Shown here piece after piece: positions 1-10,075 of a DNA stretch of 64,000 bases. Source of the stretch: Candidatus Marinacidobacterales bacterium (GTDB lineage Bacteria > Acidobacteriota > Vicinamibacteria > Marinacidobacterales > SMYC01). The translations under genes were made by a program, and so were the position numbers. Where the stretch lies: positions 1,664,001 through 1,728,000 of the forward strand of contig CBDCYI010000005.1 of assembly GCA_965224085.1 (NCBI GenBank). The letters are read 5' to 3'. How positions within the stretch are numbered: the first letter of the stretch is position 1; each line of letters starts with the position of its first letter. Under the pieces are notes generated by a model. It was given only the letters and a program-made list of their open reading frames with translations. It ran no database searches and was not told the origin of the DNA.

Positions 1-2
1 CC

Positions 3-699
3 GAGTTCTTTCTCAAAGGTCTCCGCCATATCCAGCTCGAGCCGTCCTATGGCGGGCCCGTGGACGCCGCGGTCGAGCTTCGAAGCCAAAGCGCTTTCGG
101 CCTCACGAGCACGGGAATATCCCGATACGGTGCTTGAGCTCACAACCGCGCTCGCCGACGAGGCCTACCCGGTTCGGCAGGCCGCGGTGCGCGCGCTCGC
201 TTCTTTGGGTGGGATCGAAGTCGAGCCCGTTCTTCGTTTGAAAGCGCTTCACGGCGATCCCGAGCCACAGGTCCTGTCCGAGACTCTGGAAGCCTTGCTC
301 GTGCTATCGCCGGAGCGTTCGCTCTGCTTCGTCGAGCGCTACCTAGACGCGAGCGACGAAGCCGTTGCGGAAGCCGCGGTGCTCGCGCTCGGCGCGTCCC
401 GCTGCGTAGGCGCCTTCGAGCTACTAACATCGCGGCTCGACCGCAGCTTCACCCGGTCGTCCTCGACGCGCACCGTACTTCTCGCGATAGCGATGCTGCG
501 CCGAGAAGGCGCGATCGCGTTCTTGCTGGATCTCGTTACCGAAGGGCCGAGAAGGCGCGCCGCGGATGCGCTTCGCGCGCTCGCCATCCACCGCTATGAC
601 GAAGCCCTCGCGGTGCGGGTAGCCTCGGCTGTCGCGGCGCGCACGGAGGACGATCTGAGCGAGCTCTATGAGGAAGAGTTCTCAAAGAAGAGCGAGTGA
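3..699 (+). CDS. HEAT-repeat protein, 5'-partial, with a +1 frameshift at about 117
   Basis: Repeated HEAT-like helices (VRQAAVRALASLG, VAEAAVLALG). The frame from position 3 (EFFLKGLRHIQLEPSYGGPVDAAVELR...TSTG) joins YPDTVLEL if one A at 116-117 is removed. Confidence 0.7.
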   Translation, partial: SSFSKVSAISSSSRPMAGPWTPRSSFEAKALSASRAREYPDTVLELTTALADEAYPVRQAAVRALASLGGIEVEPVLRLKALHGDPEPQVLSETLEALLVLSPERSLCFVERYLDASDEAVAEAAVLALGASRCVGAFELLTSRLDRSFTRSSSTRTVLLAIAMLRREGAIAFLLDLVTEGPRRRAADALRALAIHRYDEALAVRVASAVAARTEDDLSELYEEEFSKKSE

Positions 700-748
700 G
701 CCTTCAGCAACTGGATCAGGCGCGTCCGAGCGACTATGATGCCTCGTC

Positions 749-1585
749 ATGATGAGATTCGCGATTGCCCTTTCGTTGTTTGTCGCCGCGCCGGCTTCGG
801 CGCAGCTGATAGCCGCCAAGGACCACACGGTCGCCATGGGTCACCACCACCTCATGGTCGAGGACGTCCAAGAAAACGTCGCGTTCTGGAAGTCGCTCGG
901 CGGTGAGTCCGTCGCTTTCGGCACTTACGATGTGATCCGGTTTCCGAACGTTCTCATCTTTCTTCGGGAGCAAAAGCCTACAGGGGGCACGAACGGATCC
1001 GTCGTGAACCACGTGGGCCTTCAATTCCAAGAGCTCAGGCCGCTCGTGAAGCGCTTGAAGGGCGCCGGGACGCTCATCATTACCGAGGAAGTCGCAGGCG
1101 CGTCCTTCGACGTCGATGCTGACGATCTCGCCTGGAACGAGGGCGCCGGGGCTCATCTCGCGTTCGCGCGTGCGCCGAACGGGACACGCGTCGAGCTCTA
1201 CGAGAACAAGGAGCTCGGGCGGCCGGTGGCGAACCACCACATTCATTTCAACAATCCGGAGGTCGACGCGATGAAAGCGTGGTACGTCTCGAAGCTCGGC
1301 GCGAAACCGGGCCAGCGCTCCGGAATGGAAGCGGCCGACGTCGGCGGCGTGAACTTGACGTTCTCACCCGCGGACGAACAGCCCGCCGGCACCAAAGGGC
1401 GCGCTCTCGATCATATCGGCTTCGAGGTCGACGGGCTCGAGGCGCTCTGCAAGAAGCTCGAAGCGGAAGGCATCACGTTCGACCGCCCCTATCAAAAGAT
1501 CCCGGAGCTCGGCGTTGCCGTCGCCTTTTTCACGGATCCATGGGGAACGTATATCGAGCTGACCGAAGGACTCGACGAGTTATAA
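749..1585 (+). CDS. Exported tandem VOC/glyoxalase-family protein
   Basis: Signal peptide ending ASA|Q. Repeated VOC metal motifs (HHHL, NHVG, NHHIHF, DHIGF, FFTDPWGTYIELTE). Confidence 0.85.
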   Translation: MMRFAIALSLFVAAPASAQLIAAKDHTVAMGHHHLMVEDVQENVAFWKSLGGESVAFGTYDVIRFPNVLIFLREQKPTGGTNGSVVNHVGLQFQELRPLVKRLKGAGTLIITEEVAGASFDVDADDLAWNEGAGAHLAFARAPNGTRVELYENKELGRPVANHHIHFNNPEVDAMKAWYVSKLGAKPGQRSGMEAADVGGVNLTFSPADEQPAGTKGRALDHIGFEVDGLEALCKKLEAEGITFDRPYQKIPELGVAVAFFTDPWGTYIELTEGLDEL

Positions 1586-2655
1586 AAGGCCGTGGAGCGC
1601 GCGCCTGAGAGCTAGATCGAGTTTTTCCACCAATTCGTCGAGGTGACGCTCTTCGACGTTGTACGGTGGTGCCAGAAGGACGTGGTCGCCACTTTCGCCG
1701 TTCGCCGTCCCGCCTCCTGGGTAGCAGAGTAGACCCCCGCGGAGAGCCTCGTGCCGGACGCGCGCATGCAGCTTTTGCTCTGGATCGAACGGAGCTTTCG
1801 TCGCACGATCGCGGACGAGCTCCAACGCCCAGAGTAAACCGCGCCCGCGCAACTCGCCCACGTGGGAGTGGTCACCGAAGGTAGCGTTCAATCGATCGGC
1901 GAGCCCCTCTCCCATGCGTCGCACGTTCGTCAGTAGGTGTTCGTTGAGGATGGCGCGCACGACGGCCAATCCTGCCGCGCAAGCGACCGCGTGCCCCATG
2001 TAGGTCTGGCCGTGACGAAGTTTTCCAGAGCCTTGCCGCACCGCTTCGACGACGGATTCGGAAACGATCACGGCGCCGATGGGTTGATAACCCGCGCCTA
2101 GCCCTTTGGCGATCGTGACGATGTCGGGCACGACGCCTTCCTGCTCGAACGCATAGAACGTACCCGTCCGACCCATCCCGCACAGAACCTCGTCGAGAAT
2201 GAGGAGGATCCCGTGGCGATCGCAGATGGAAGCTATCTCGCGAAAGTAGCCCGGCGCGGGAATGACCGCGCCTGTGGTCGCGCCGACGATGGTCTCGGCA
2301 ACGAACGCCGCGACCGTATGCGGCCCCGCACTCACGATGGCGCGCTCGAGCTCCAGAGCCGCCCGTTTTCCATACTGTTCCGGCGTTTCGTCTTCGCGCT
2401 GGTGGCGATACGGATAACAGGGAGGGATGAGCTCTGTTTCAACAAGCATTGGCTCGTACGGGCCGCGGCGCAGTACGTGGCCGCTGACTCCGAGTGCTCC
2501 GAGCGTATTGCCGTGATAGCTCGCGCGCCGCGCGATGAATCGTGTGCGCTCGGGCTCGCCTTTCTCGACGAAGTACTGGCGCGCCAGTTTCAATGCGGCC
2601 TCGACAGCCGCGGAGCCGCTCGAAACGAAAAGAGCGTGCGTCATGGACGCGGGTC
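1580..2655 (-). pseudogene. Class-III PLP aminotransferase lacking its N-terminal region
   Basis: SGS-AVEAALK, SYHGNT, DEVLCGMGRTG and PDIVTIAKGLGAGY motifs. Homology starts abruptly at PASMTHALFVSSGS, and the upstream sequence belongs to the ASPIC/UnbV gene. Confidence 0.75.
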
Positions 2656-3443
2656 TCGAAGCTCTCGCCCTTGCCGCCCGGCCAACGGACCTCGATACCC
2701 CTGAGCGTCTCGGCGCTTCCCAGGCCGAAGCCGAGCCGCGCGTCATTATGCGAGAGATAGCTGCCGCCGCTCCGCACCTCACGAAGCTTCCCGTCCACGG
2801 TGACACGCGCGCCGATCGCGTCGCGATTCCCACCACGTCCGACCAGGCGTAGCCACAGCCAGTGGTTGCCGCTATCGTTGTCGTTTCTCAAAAGGCTCGG
2901 CGGTGCGTCGAGGTTCACGATGAAGATGTCGTCGTCGCTATCGTCGTCATAGTCACCGAAAGCGACGCCGCGGCTCGAGGTCTCGCGCAGAAGGGGGCCG
3001 CCGACCTCCGCGGTGGCGTCGCGGAAGCGTCCCTCTTCGTTCAAGAAAAGCTGCTTTTTCTGGAGCCACGAAGTTCCAATAGGGGCTTCATCCACTTCGG
3101 GATAGACGTGGCCATTGGCGACGAAGAGATCGCGCCAGCCGTTGTTGTCCAGATCGACGAGCCCGACGCCCCAGCCGAGAGAAGCGATCGACGACACACC
3201 GAGACCAGCGAGGTAGGTCACGTCGATGAAGATATCCTCGGCGTTGCCCCGGTAAAGCGTATTGGTCTCGTGGGAGAAGTTGGTCACGACGACGTCGAGC
3301 CAGGAGGCGCCAACGCCGTCCCGGTTCGAGCGCACGCCCACGAGCCGGATCCCGACCCAGTGATTTTCGCGTCCCATCTCGTTCCGCGCGAGGTTGGGCT
3401 TGTCGTTATTGTTCATCAAGAGCAGATCGACATCGCCGTCAAT
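2650..3443 (-). pseudogene. Mosaic of two CRTAC1-like FG-GAP/ASPIC-UnbV gene fragments
   Basis: FG-GAP repeats (DLDNNGWRDLFVANG, GDYDDD..DIFIVN). The ASPIC-UnbV entry motif occurs twice (NHWVGIRLVG..SNRDGVGA and NHWLWLRLVG..GNRDAIGA), followed by SGGSYLS and IEVRWP. No N-terminus and no normal C-terminus. Confidence 0.75.
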
Positions 3444-3558
3444 GCATCACGGCGCCTGCTTCGGAGCGAAGGTCCGAATACTCGATCCAGGACGATCCCA
3501 AGCGGCTCGTCGACATCAGCAATGCTTATGACGAGGTGCTGCGCTAGACTTTCGTGAG

Positions 3559-4827
3559 ATGCCCCCTCGTGTTTTATTGTTGTTGCCGACCTCGACTTAT
3601 CGAACACACGACTTCATGGCGGCGGCAGAGCGACGGGGAGTGCTCGTCGTGGTGGCTTCGGAAGAGCCGAGCACGATGGAGCGTTTCGCGGGCGAGTCGC
3701 TTCTTACGTTGGACTTCGGCGACCCGCAAGGATCTGCGCAGAAGGTGGCTGCGTTTCACGAGAAGCACCCTCTGAGAGCGGCGATTGCTGTAGACGAAGA
3801 GACCGCTGTCGTCGCTTCGGTCATTGCCGAACGTCTCGGTTTTCCCGGCAACGCCCCCGAAGCCGCCGCGCGGGCGCGTTTGAAACATGTCATGCGGGAA
3901 GCGCTCGCGGCTGCAGGCGTTCCGGCACCAGCGCATCGCGTCTTCACGACGGATGACGACCCACGCGCCGCCGCACGCGAAGTGCGGTACCCGGCCGTCA
4001 TTAAGCCCGTCTTTTTGTCGGGAAGCCGCGGAGTGCAGCGGGTGGATGACGAGGACGCTTTCGTGCGCGCATTGGAATGGACCCGCGAGCTGCTCGCGCG
4101 GCCGGAGCTCGCGAAACGCGGCGGCGAGCACGCGAAAACGATTCTGGTCGAGGACTTCGTACCCGGCTCCGAAGTCGCTCTCGAAGCGATTTTGACTGAA
4201 GGCGAACTCACACCGCTCGCGCTCTTCGATAAACCCGATCCGCTGGACGGACCGTATTTCGAGGAAACGATCTACGTCACTCCGTCCCGCTTACCCGCCG
4301 AGACCCAAGCGAAGATCGCGAACGTGACGGCTCAGGCCGCGGCCGCGCTCGATCTGCGTCAAGGACCCATCCACGCAGAGCTGAGACTGCCGCCGGGGCC
4401 ATTGGACCCATTCGGAAAGAGCCCGTCCGTTCTCGAGATCGCGGGCCGCTCAATCGGCGGGCTGTGCTCGCGCACTCTCCGCTTCGGATTGGGACTCTCT
4501 TTGGAAGAGCTGATCCTGAAGCACGCACTCGGCCAAGACGTGACGACCGATAAACGCGAATCGAAAGCCGTCGGCGTAATGATGATCCCAATCCCAAAAC
4601 AAGGCGAGTTCATCAAGCTCGAAGGCCTAGAAGACGCCAAAGCCGTAGAGGGAATCGAGGAGGTGACGATAACCGTCCACCAAGGCGCGAATCTGATCCC
4701 GCTCCCCGAAGGCTCGACCTACCTAGGCTTCATCTTCGCAAGAGCCGAAACCCCCAAGGAAGCTGAACAAGCCCTAAGAAAGGCCCACGAAGCGCTAACG
4801 TTCCAAATCGAGACCAGGAGCAGGTAG
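3559..4827 (+). CDS. ATP-grasp domain protein (amino-acid ligase-like)
   Basis: YPAVIKP..SGSRGV, LVEDFVPG.E, LRQGPIHAELR, EIAGRSIGG, and a C-terminal YLGFIFA segment. Confidence 0.9.
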   Translation: MPPRVLLLLPTSTYRTHDFMAAAERRGVLVVVASEEPSTMERFAGESLLTLDFGDPQGSAQKVAAFHEKHPLRAAIAVDEETAVVASVIAERLGFPGNAPEAAARARLKHVMREALAAAGVPAPAHRVFTTDDDPRAAAREVRYPAVIKPVFLSGSRGVQRVDDEDAFVRALEWTRELLARPELAKRGGEHAKTILVEDFVPGSEVALEAILTEGELTPLALFDKPDPLDGPYFEETIYVTPSRLPAETQAKIANVTAQAAAALDLRQGPIHAELRLPPGPLDPFGKSPSVLEIAGRSIGGLCSRTLRFGLGLSLEELILKHALGQDVTTDKRESKAVGVMMIPIPKQGEFIKLEGLEDAKAVEGIEEVTITVHQGANLIPLPEGSTYLGFIFARAETPKEAEQALRKAHEALTFQIETRSR

Positions 4828-5418
4828 CTATTTGGAAGGCGCGTAATAAGGATTGCGCCCCGAAGCGTGATCCGTCGTATCCATGATCGCGCCGATACTC
4901 GGGATCGCCTGCCGGATCGATTTCTCGACACCTTGCTTCAAGGTGACACCGGCCATGCCGCAACCCTGACACCCGCCTCCCATCTTGATGAAGAGCTCGT
5001 TCTTGCGCACGTCGATGAGCTCGACCCAACCGCCATGAGACGCCACCGCCGGGTTGATTTCTTGGTCGAGAACGGCCTGGACCTTCTTCTTTATCTCGTC
5101 CGGATCCGGTAGGGACTCGAGTGCTTTCGTCGAGACGGCGGCCTCGCCGCTTTGAAGATGGGAGCGGATAGAGGCGCCGACTTGCTTCGCGATGGGCATC
5201 CAATCGTCGCCCGCGGAGGCGGAGACGGTCACGACGCTGTCTTGGATCAGAACGGACGAAACGCCGCCGATAGCGAAGATTTTCTCAGCAAGAGGCGAGC
5301 CTGCCGCCTGCGCCGCGCCGCCGAAATACATGGAGCTGTCGGGATAGACCGGCCGGTCCACGCGAAAGTTGCAGGTTTGATTGTCTTTGGGCTCTGCTGT
5401 TATGCGAATCTCATCCAT
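4828..5418 (-). CDS. nfuA: NfuA/NifU-family Fe-S cluster carrier (Nfu_N plus NifU-C)
   Basis: INPAVASHGGWVEL...MGGGCQGCG and DTTDHASGRNPYY. N-terminal SPLAEKIF scaffold domain. AGGAG RBS upstream. Confidence 0.9.
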   Translation of the reverse strand: MDEIRITAEPKDNQTCNFRVDRPVYPDSSMYFGGAAQAAGSPLAEKIFAIGGVSSVLIQDSVVTVSASAGDDWMPIAKQVGASIRSHLQSGEAAVSTKALESLPDPDEIKKKVQAVLDQEINPAVASHGGWVELIDVRKNELFIKMGGGCQGCGMAGVTLKQGVEKSIRQAIPSIGAIMDTTDHASGRNPYYAPSK

Positions 5419-5445
5419 GTCGTCTCCTGTCCTAGGACCGCATTA

Positions 5446-6849
5446 TTATAACGCGTGCCGCCGCTGCCTTCGTTCGAGAGGACCAAACTGGTCCTCGGTG
5501 GGCTCCGCTCAACAAAACCACGCCTCGGTGAGCCGCGGCGCCTTCGCGCTGGCAAGAAACGCGGCTTTCTGGCGGAGACCCACGCGCCCCGCCAAATTTC
5601 GGAAAATCTCTCCGTTCGGATGCCTTTTGCGAACACTGCTTTCGACCGCTGCTTCCACGTCTTTTTGGAGCTCGTCCATCGCCGGATCCGGATGCGACCA
5701 GCGATAAGTGAGCCCCGCTTTGTCGAGCTCACCGAGAAAAGGCTGCAAGCTCGTATTTTCGAGAAGGAGAGAGCCTGGCGGTATCAGAAGCCGTAATGTC
5801 AGCTGGATGGGGTCGACGTGCTCGACGAGATCCTCTTCGAGCACAAAGCGAAAAAGCTCCCGGTAGTCCTCGCGCGTGGTCCATGGCGTGAACGCGACGA
5901 ACGTGGGCCTCGGCGCGATGCCGGCCTCACGCACGGCACGTAACGCTACGCGGGCGTCGCGGCTCGAGTGGCCTTTGTCGAGCTCGGCGAGAACGCGATC
6001 GCTCAACGACTCCACCGCAGAAACGATGAACGCGCACCCCAAAGCGGCGAGCTCCGGCAACCGCTCGCGGTGCTTCAGCAGGTGCTCCACTTTCGCGGTG
6101 AAGTCGAAGGTGACGTCAGGATGTGCGCGATGAAGCGCGCGCGCCACCTCGAACGCATGGCCTGGGCCATTCAGAAAGTCGGGATCGGCGAAGTTGATAT
6201 GCCTGGCGCCAAGTGCAACGAGCTGGTCGATGTCTTCGAGTACGGTCGCCTTCGGCACAATGAAAAAGCGCCCCCCGTAAACGGGCGGAATAGGGCAGTG
6301 CCGGCACGAGTGAAGGCAACCGCGACTCGTCTCGACCGTTCCCACTCTTCGATGTGAGCCGTCGGGAAGCTCGAGGTGAACATATTGCTCGAGCGGCGGC
6401 AGCCCTTCTCGATGGGGCACCGGATAATCGAGCCTGTCGAGCACGGGTGGTGGCGCTTTGGTCCCGAGAGCCCCGAGGAGCCCAAACAGCTGGACACGCT
6501 CCACGAGCGCGTTTTCGCACTCGCCACTAAAAACGCTGTCAACGCCGGCGGACATCAACATCTCTGCGTTCAGGGTCGCGTAAAGGCCGAAGAAGCAGAG
6601 ATGAGCGCCTGGGTTCACCTCCTGGACCCGTTCCGCCACACGCATGCCCAGCCGCAATGCCGTGTGCATCGGAACGGACACTGCGATGAAATCCGCGCGC
6701 GCGATGGCGCTCTCGTCGAGCGATTCAACGCCCAGATCGAGGCTCTCGGCCGAATATCCAGCTCTATTCAAATAGGCGAGGGGGTTTGCAAGCCCGAGAG
6801 GCTGGCGCCCGAGCTCGTAGCAAGAGATCAGTAAGACGTTCGGACGCAT
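5446..6849 (-). CDS. CUAEP-tail radical SAM selenoprotein with a cobalamin-binding-like N-terminal domain; Sec at UGA 5509-5511
   Basis: CLHSCRHC radical SAM motif. Reading through the TGA gives ...RLTEAWFC-U-AEPTEDQFGPLERRQRRHAL*. A SECIS-like hairpin follows. Likely start is MRPNVLLISCYELG at 6849. Confidence 0.9.
5478..5496 (-). promoter_or_regulatory. Bacterial SECIS-like hairpin
   Basis: mRNA GAGGACCA-GUU-UGGUCCUC: a perfect 8-bp stem with a G-first loop, starting 12 nt after the in-frame UGA. Confidence 0.8.
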
Positions 6850-6940
6850 ACTGGTATTTATGACTAATTTGATATCAAAAGTCCAGGACATATGCGGCCT
6901 GGCATTCTTGAGGTGCCCGAGTGCATAATGCGAAGGCATC

Positions 6941-9097
6941 TTGCGAACCACGGCGTCTTTCTCGAGCGTGCTACATCGCTCATGGCTACTATGGGCACTC
7001 CTCGCCGCGGCGCCTTCGACGCTCGCGCAACCTGCGAGCGAGCTGACGCTACTCGCGGAACAACAGCAACAGCTCGCAGACGGGCACGTCCGAGCCGAAG
7101 GCTACGTCTCCATCCGGCTCGGCAACACCCACATCACCGCGGACACCGTCGACTTCTGGCCGGGCGAGCTTCGCGTCGTTGCGGAAGGCAACGTCGTATT
7201 CCAACAGGGCGACCAAAAGATCGTCGCGACTCGGCTCGAGGCCGAGCTCGACGGACAGACCGGGCGTTTCTTCAACGCTTATGGGATGGCTGGGCGCGAC
7301 TTGTACTTCTACGGCGATGTCATCGAGAAAGAGTCCGAAGATGTTTATGTGATCGAAGGCGGCGCTTTTACTTCGTGCTCTCAGCCGACGCCCCGTTGGC
7401 GTTTCACCGCGGGTAAAGCGCGGGTGCGGCGCGACCACCATGTCGCCCTCCGTCACGCGCTCTTGCGGGTGAAATGGCTGCCCGTGTTCTACATGCCGTT
7501 GCTCGTCTACCCCATCAACGAAGACGGCCGCGCGACCGGCTTTCTCATGCCGCAGATCGGCAACTCCACTCTAAAGGGTTTCATGTTCAATCAAGCTTTC
7601 TTCTGGGCGATCAACCGATCGATGGACGCGACGTTTACCTTCGAGCGTTTTTCCGAGATCGGCAATGGCGGCTCGATACAATATCGCTACCTTCAATCTC
7701 ACACGTCGCGCAGCCAGGCCGATACCTTTTTTATCAAGAACACCGCGGAAGGAAACCAAGAATATACGATCCGAGCGAGTGCGAACCAGGAACTGCCCGG
7801 CAACTTCACCGCGGTAGCGCGCGTCGACTTTTTCAGCAGCTTCGATTTCCAGCAATCGTTTCAGGAGAACTACAACCGCGCCACCCAGCGCAAGAAGCGA
7901 GCCCGCGGTAGCATCTCGAACAGCTGGAGGCAATACAGCCTGCGCGTCAACTTCGACCGCAACGATACGTCGTTCGGCGAGCGTGTCGCGGTCCGAAAGG
8001 TGCTTCCCCAAATCACCTTCAACTCGCGCCCGAGCCCCATTTTCAACACCCCGATCTTGTTCGCGTTCAAGTCGGAAGCCGCGTCGCTCGCACGAACGAC
8101 ACGCGGCGAGCTTTTCGAATATGAACGATTCGACATCGTGCCGACGGTCGCCTATCCCTTTACCGGCCTCAGCTACTTGACGCTGCGAGCGAGCGTCACC
8201 GGCCGATTCACGCACTACACGTCGTCTCTCGAAAGACGCACGCTCGTCGACGAGGCTGTGAATCGCAAATATTTCGAGACCCGCTTCGACATCCGGGGGC
8301 CGACTTTCGCCAGGATCTTCAATACGCCCGATAACTTCTACGCGGCCCGCTACAAGCATGTCGTCGAGCCTCAGATCGTATGGAGCCGGCGCTCGCTCGT
8401 GGATAACTTCGCCCAGGTCCCGAAATTCGACGGCCAGGATTACGTTCCGGGTACGAATCAAGTGTCTCTCTCGATCGTCAACCGGGTCCTGGCGAAGCGC
8501 TTGGTCGACGGGGAGGAACAACAGACCGCGACTGAAATGCTTACATGGAACGTCTCCCAGCGCTATTTCTTCGACATCAACGCTTCGCTCTACGACCGGC
8601 AATTTTCCACGCCCTATTTCTCGGAAGACGGGACGCCGAGCAACCGCTCGCCTATCACGTCGAGGGTGAACTTCCGGCCTTCGAGAAATCTCGCCGCGAG
8701 CTGGAACTTCGACTACGACCTCAATTTCAACGCGATCCGCTCTTCGAGCACATCGGCGTCCTATGGTGGTCGCTGGGGTTTGGTTCGGGGGCTCTGGACT
8801 CGGCGCAACATTCCCGACCGCGACGTGACGCGCAGTAACTTTCGACTCGGCACCCAGCTCAACGTGGCTCGCGGTCTCCAAGTGAACTTCGATACAGCCT
8901 TCGACGCCACGAACAAAGTGGTGAACAACGTGCGGGCCGGCGCGGTCTACAACGTTCAGTGCTGCGGCTTCATGGTTAGTTTCAACCGTTTCAACTTCGT
9001 CAGCCGCGTGGAGAACATATTCCGGTTCGGGATAACACTCGCGAATATCGGAAGCTTCGGCACTTCCCTCGGAGGCTCGGGGCGGCGATCTTATTAA
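6941..9097 (+). CDS. lptD: LPS-assembly outer-membrane protein LptD
   Basis: Signal peptide, OstA-like N-domain, FTSCSQPTPRW, RATGFLMPQIG, beta-barrel body, YNVQCCG and NIGSFG near the C-terminus. Confidence 0.9.
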   Translation: MRTTASFSSVLHRSWLLWALLAAAPSTLAQPASELTLLAEQQQQLADGHVRAEGYVSIRLGNTHITADTVDFWPGELRVVAEGNVVFQQGDQKIVATRLEAELDGQTGRFFNAYGMAGRDLYFYGDVIEKESEDVYVIEGGAFTSCSQPTPRWRFTAGKARVRRDHHVALRHALLRVKWLPVFYMPLLVYPINEDGRATGFLMPQIGNSTLKGFMFNQAFFWAINRSMDATFTFERFSEIGNGGSIQYRYLQSHTSRSQADTFFIKNTAEGNQEYTIRASANQELPGNFTAVARVDFFSSFDFQQSFQENYNRATQRKKRARGSISNSWRQYSLRVNFDRNDTSFGERVAVRKVLPQITFNSRPSPIFNTPILFAFKSEAASLARTTRGELFEYERFDIVPTVAYPFTGLSYLTLRASVTGRFTHYTSSLERRTLVDEAVNRKYFETRFDIRGPTFARIFNTPDNFYAARYKHVVEPQIVWSRRSLVDNFAQVPKFDGQDYVPGTNQVSLSIVNRVLAKRLVDGEEQQTATEMLTWNVSQRYFFDINASLYDRQFSTPYFSEDGTPSNRSPITSRVNFRPSRNLAASWNFDYDLNFNAIRSSSTSASYGGRWGLVRGLWTRRNIPDRDVTRSNFRLGTQLNVARGLQVNFDTAFDATNKVVNNVRAGAVYNVQCCGFMVSFNRFNFVSRVENIFRFGITLANIGSFGTSLGGSGRRSY

Positions 9098-9191
9098 TGC
9101 TGGGCCGCAAAACGCTACGCTTTCGAAAAACCGAATCGTGGCGGCGGCGGTCTTGGCTGCGGGGGCTGCGGCGTGAAAAGATAGCTCTGTA

Positions 9192-10034
9192 TTGAAGATT
9201 TTGATTACCGGGAGCGGTGGGCTTCTTGGTCGTTGTGTCTCGTCGGTGGCGGCCGCGCGGCATGAGGTTCTTGCGCTCTCGCGCGCGGATCTCGACGTTA
9301 CGGACCGGGCCGCGGTGGGCCGTGCCGTCAGGCGGTTTCTGCCCCAGGCCGTGTTACACTGCGCCGCTTATACCGATGTGGATGGTGCCGAGCGACACTC
9401 GGAGCTGGCCATGGAGGTGAATGCGGCCGGCGCCGAGTGGGTGGCGAAAGCTGCGTATCATGAAGGCGCCGCCATGGTTTCGGTGAGCACGGACTATGTT
9501 TTCGACGGCGAGAGACGCACACCCTATGAAGAGACGGCGCCGACCTGCCCGCTCTCGAGTTATGGTCGAACCAAGCTCGAAGGAGAGCGACGCGTCGCAC
9601 AAGCTTGCCCTGATGGCTGGCTTACGGTCCGGACGGGTTGGGTGTACGGGCCTTCCAAGGGTTTCGTGGACTGGGCTAAGAAGCGCCTCGTGGCTTCGGC
9701 AGAGCTTCCGCTCATCGAGGACCAGACAGGCTCACCGACCTACGCGCTCGAGCTGGCGGAGGCACTTCTCGCTCTCGTCGAAGGTGAGCATCGAGGGCTC
9801 TTTCACTTCGTGAACCGCGGAGAGACGACATGGGTTACGCTCGGACGTTTTCTCGCGAGCGAGCTCGGCGTCCACGAGCCCCGGGTGAAAACCATCTTGA
9901 GCGAAGCGCTCGGCCGGCCGGCACCGAGGCCGGCCTATTCGGCGATGTCAGTCGGAAAATTCGAAGACGCGACCGGGATCCACGTGCGAACTTGGCAGAA
10001 CGCTTTGAAACGCTATCTGGCAGATAGCCGATAG
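9192..10034 (+). CDS. rfbD: dTDP-4-dehydrorhamnose reductase
   Basis: GSGGLLG, HCAAYTDVDGAE, STDYVFDG, YGRTKLEGE, DQTGSPT, APRPAYS. Confidence 0.92.
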   Translation: MKILITGSGGLLGRCVSSVAAARHEVLALSRADLDVTDRAAVGRAVRRFLPQAVLHCAAYTDVDGAERHSELAMEVNAAGAEWVAKAAYHEGAAMVSVSTDYVFDGERRTPYEETAPTCPLSSYGRTKLEGERRVAQACPDGWLTVRTGWVYGPSKGFVDWAKKRLVASAELPLIEDQTGSPTYALELAEALLALVEGEHRGLFHFVNRGETTWVTLGRFLASELGVHEPRVKTILSEALGRPAPRPAYSAMSVGKFEDATGIHVRTWQNALKRYLADSR

Positions 10035-10075
10035 CGGGGAATCGGAAATCGGAAATCGATCAGGGAGGCGACTCG

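Noticed and set aside
6850-6951. ORF-track N-terminal extension of the radical SAM gene
   Set aside because: It runs through the AT-richer divergent intergenic region and overlaps lptD. Domain-like sequence begins at ATG 6849.
7571-8881. Long antisense ORFs (also 15326-16240, 34689-35702, 53384-54376, 58512-59636) and the same-strand alternate-frame ORF 60899-62335
   Set aside because: Shadow frames of well-supported genes in high-GC DNA, with no recognisable motifs.
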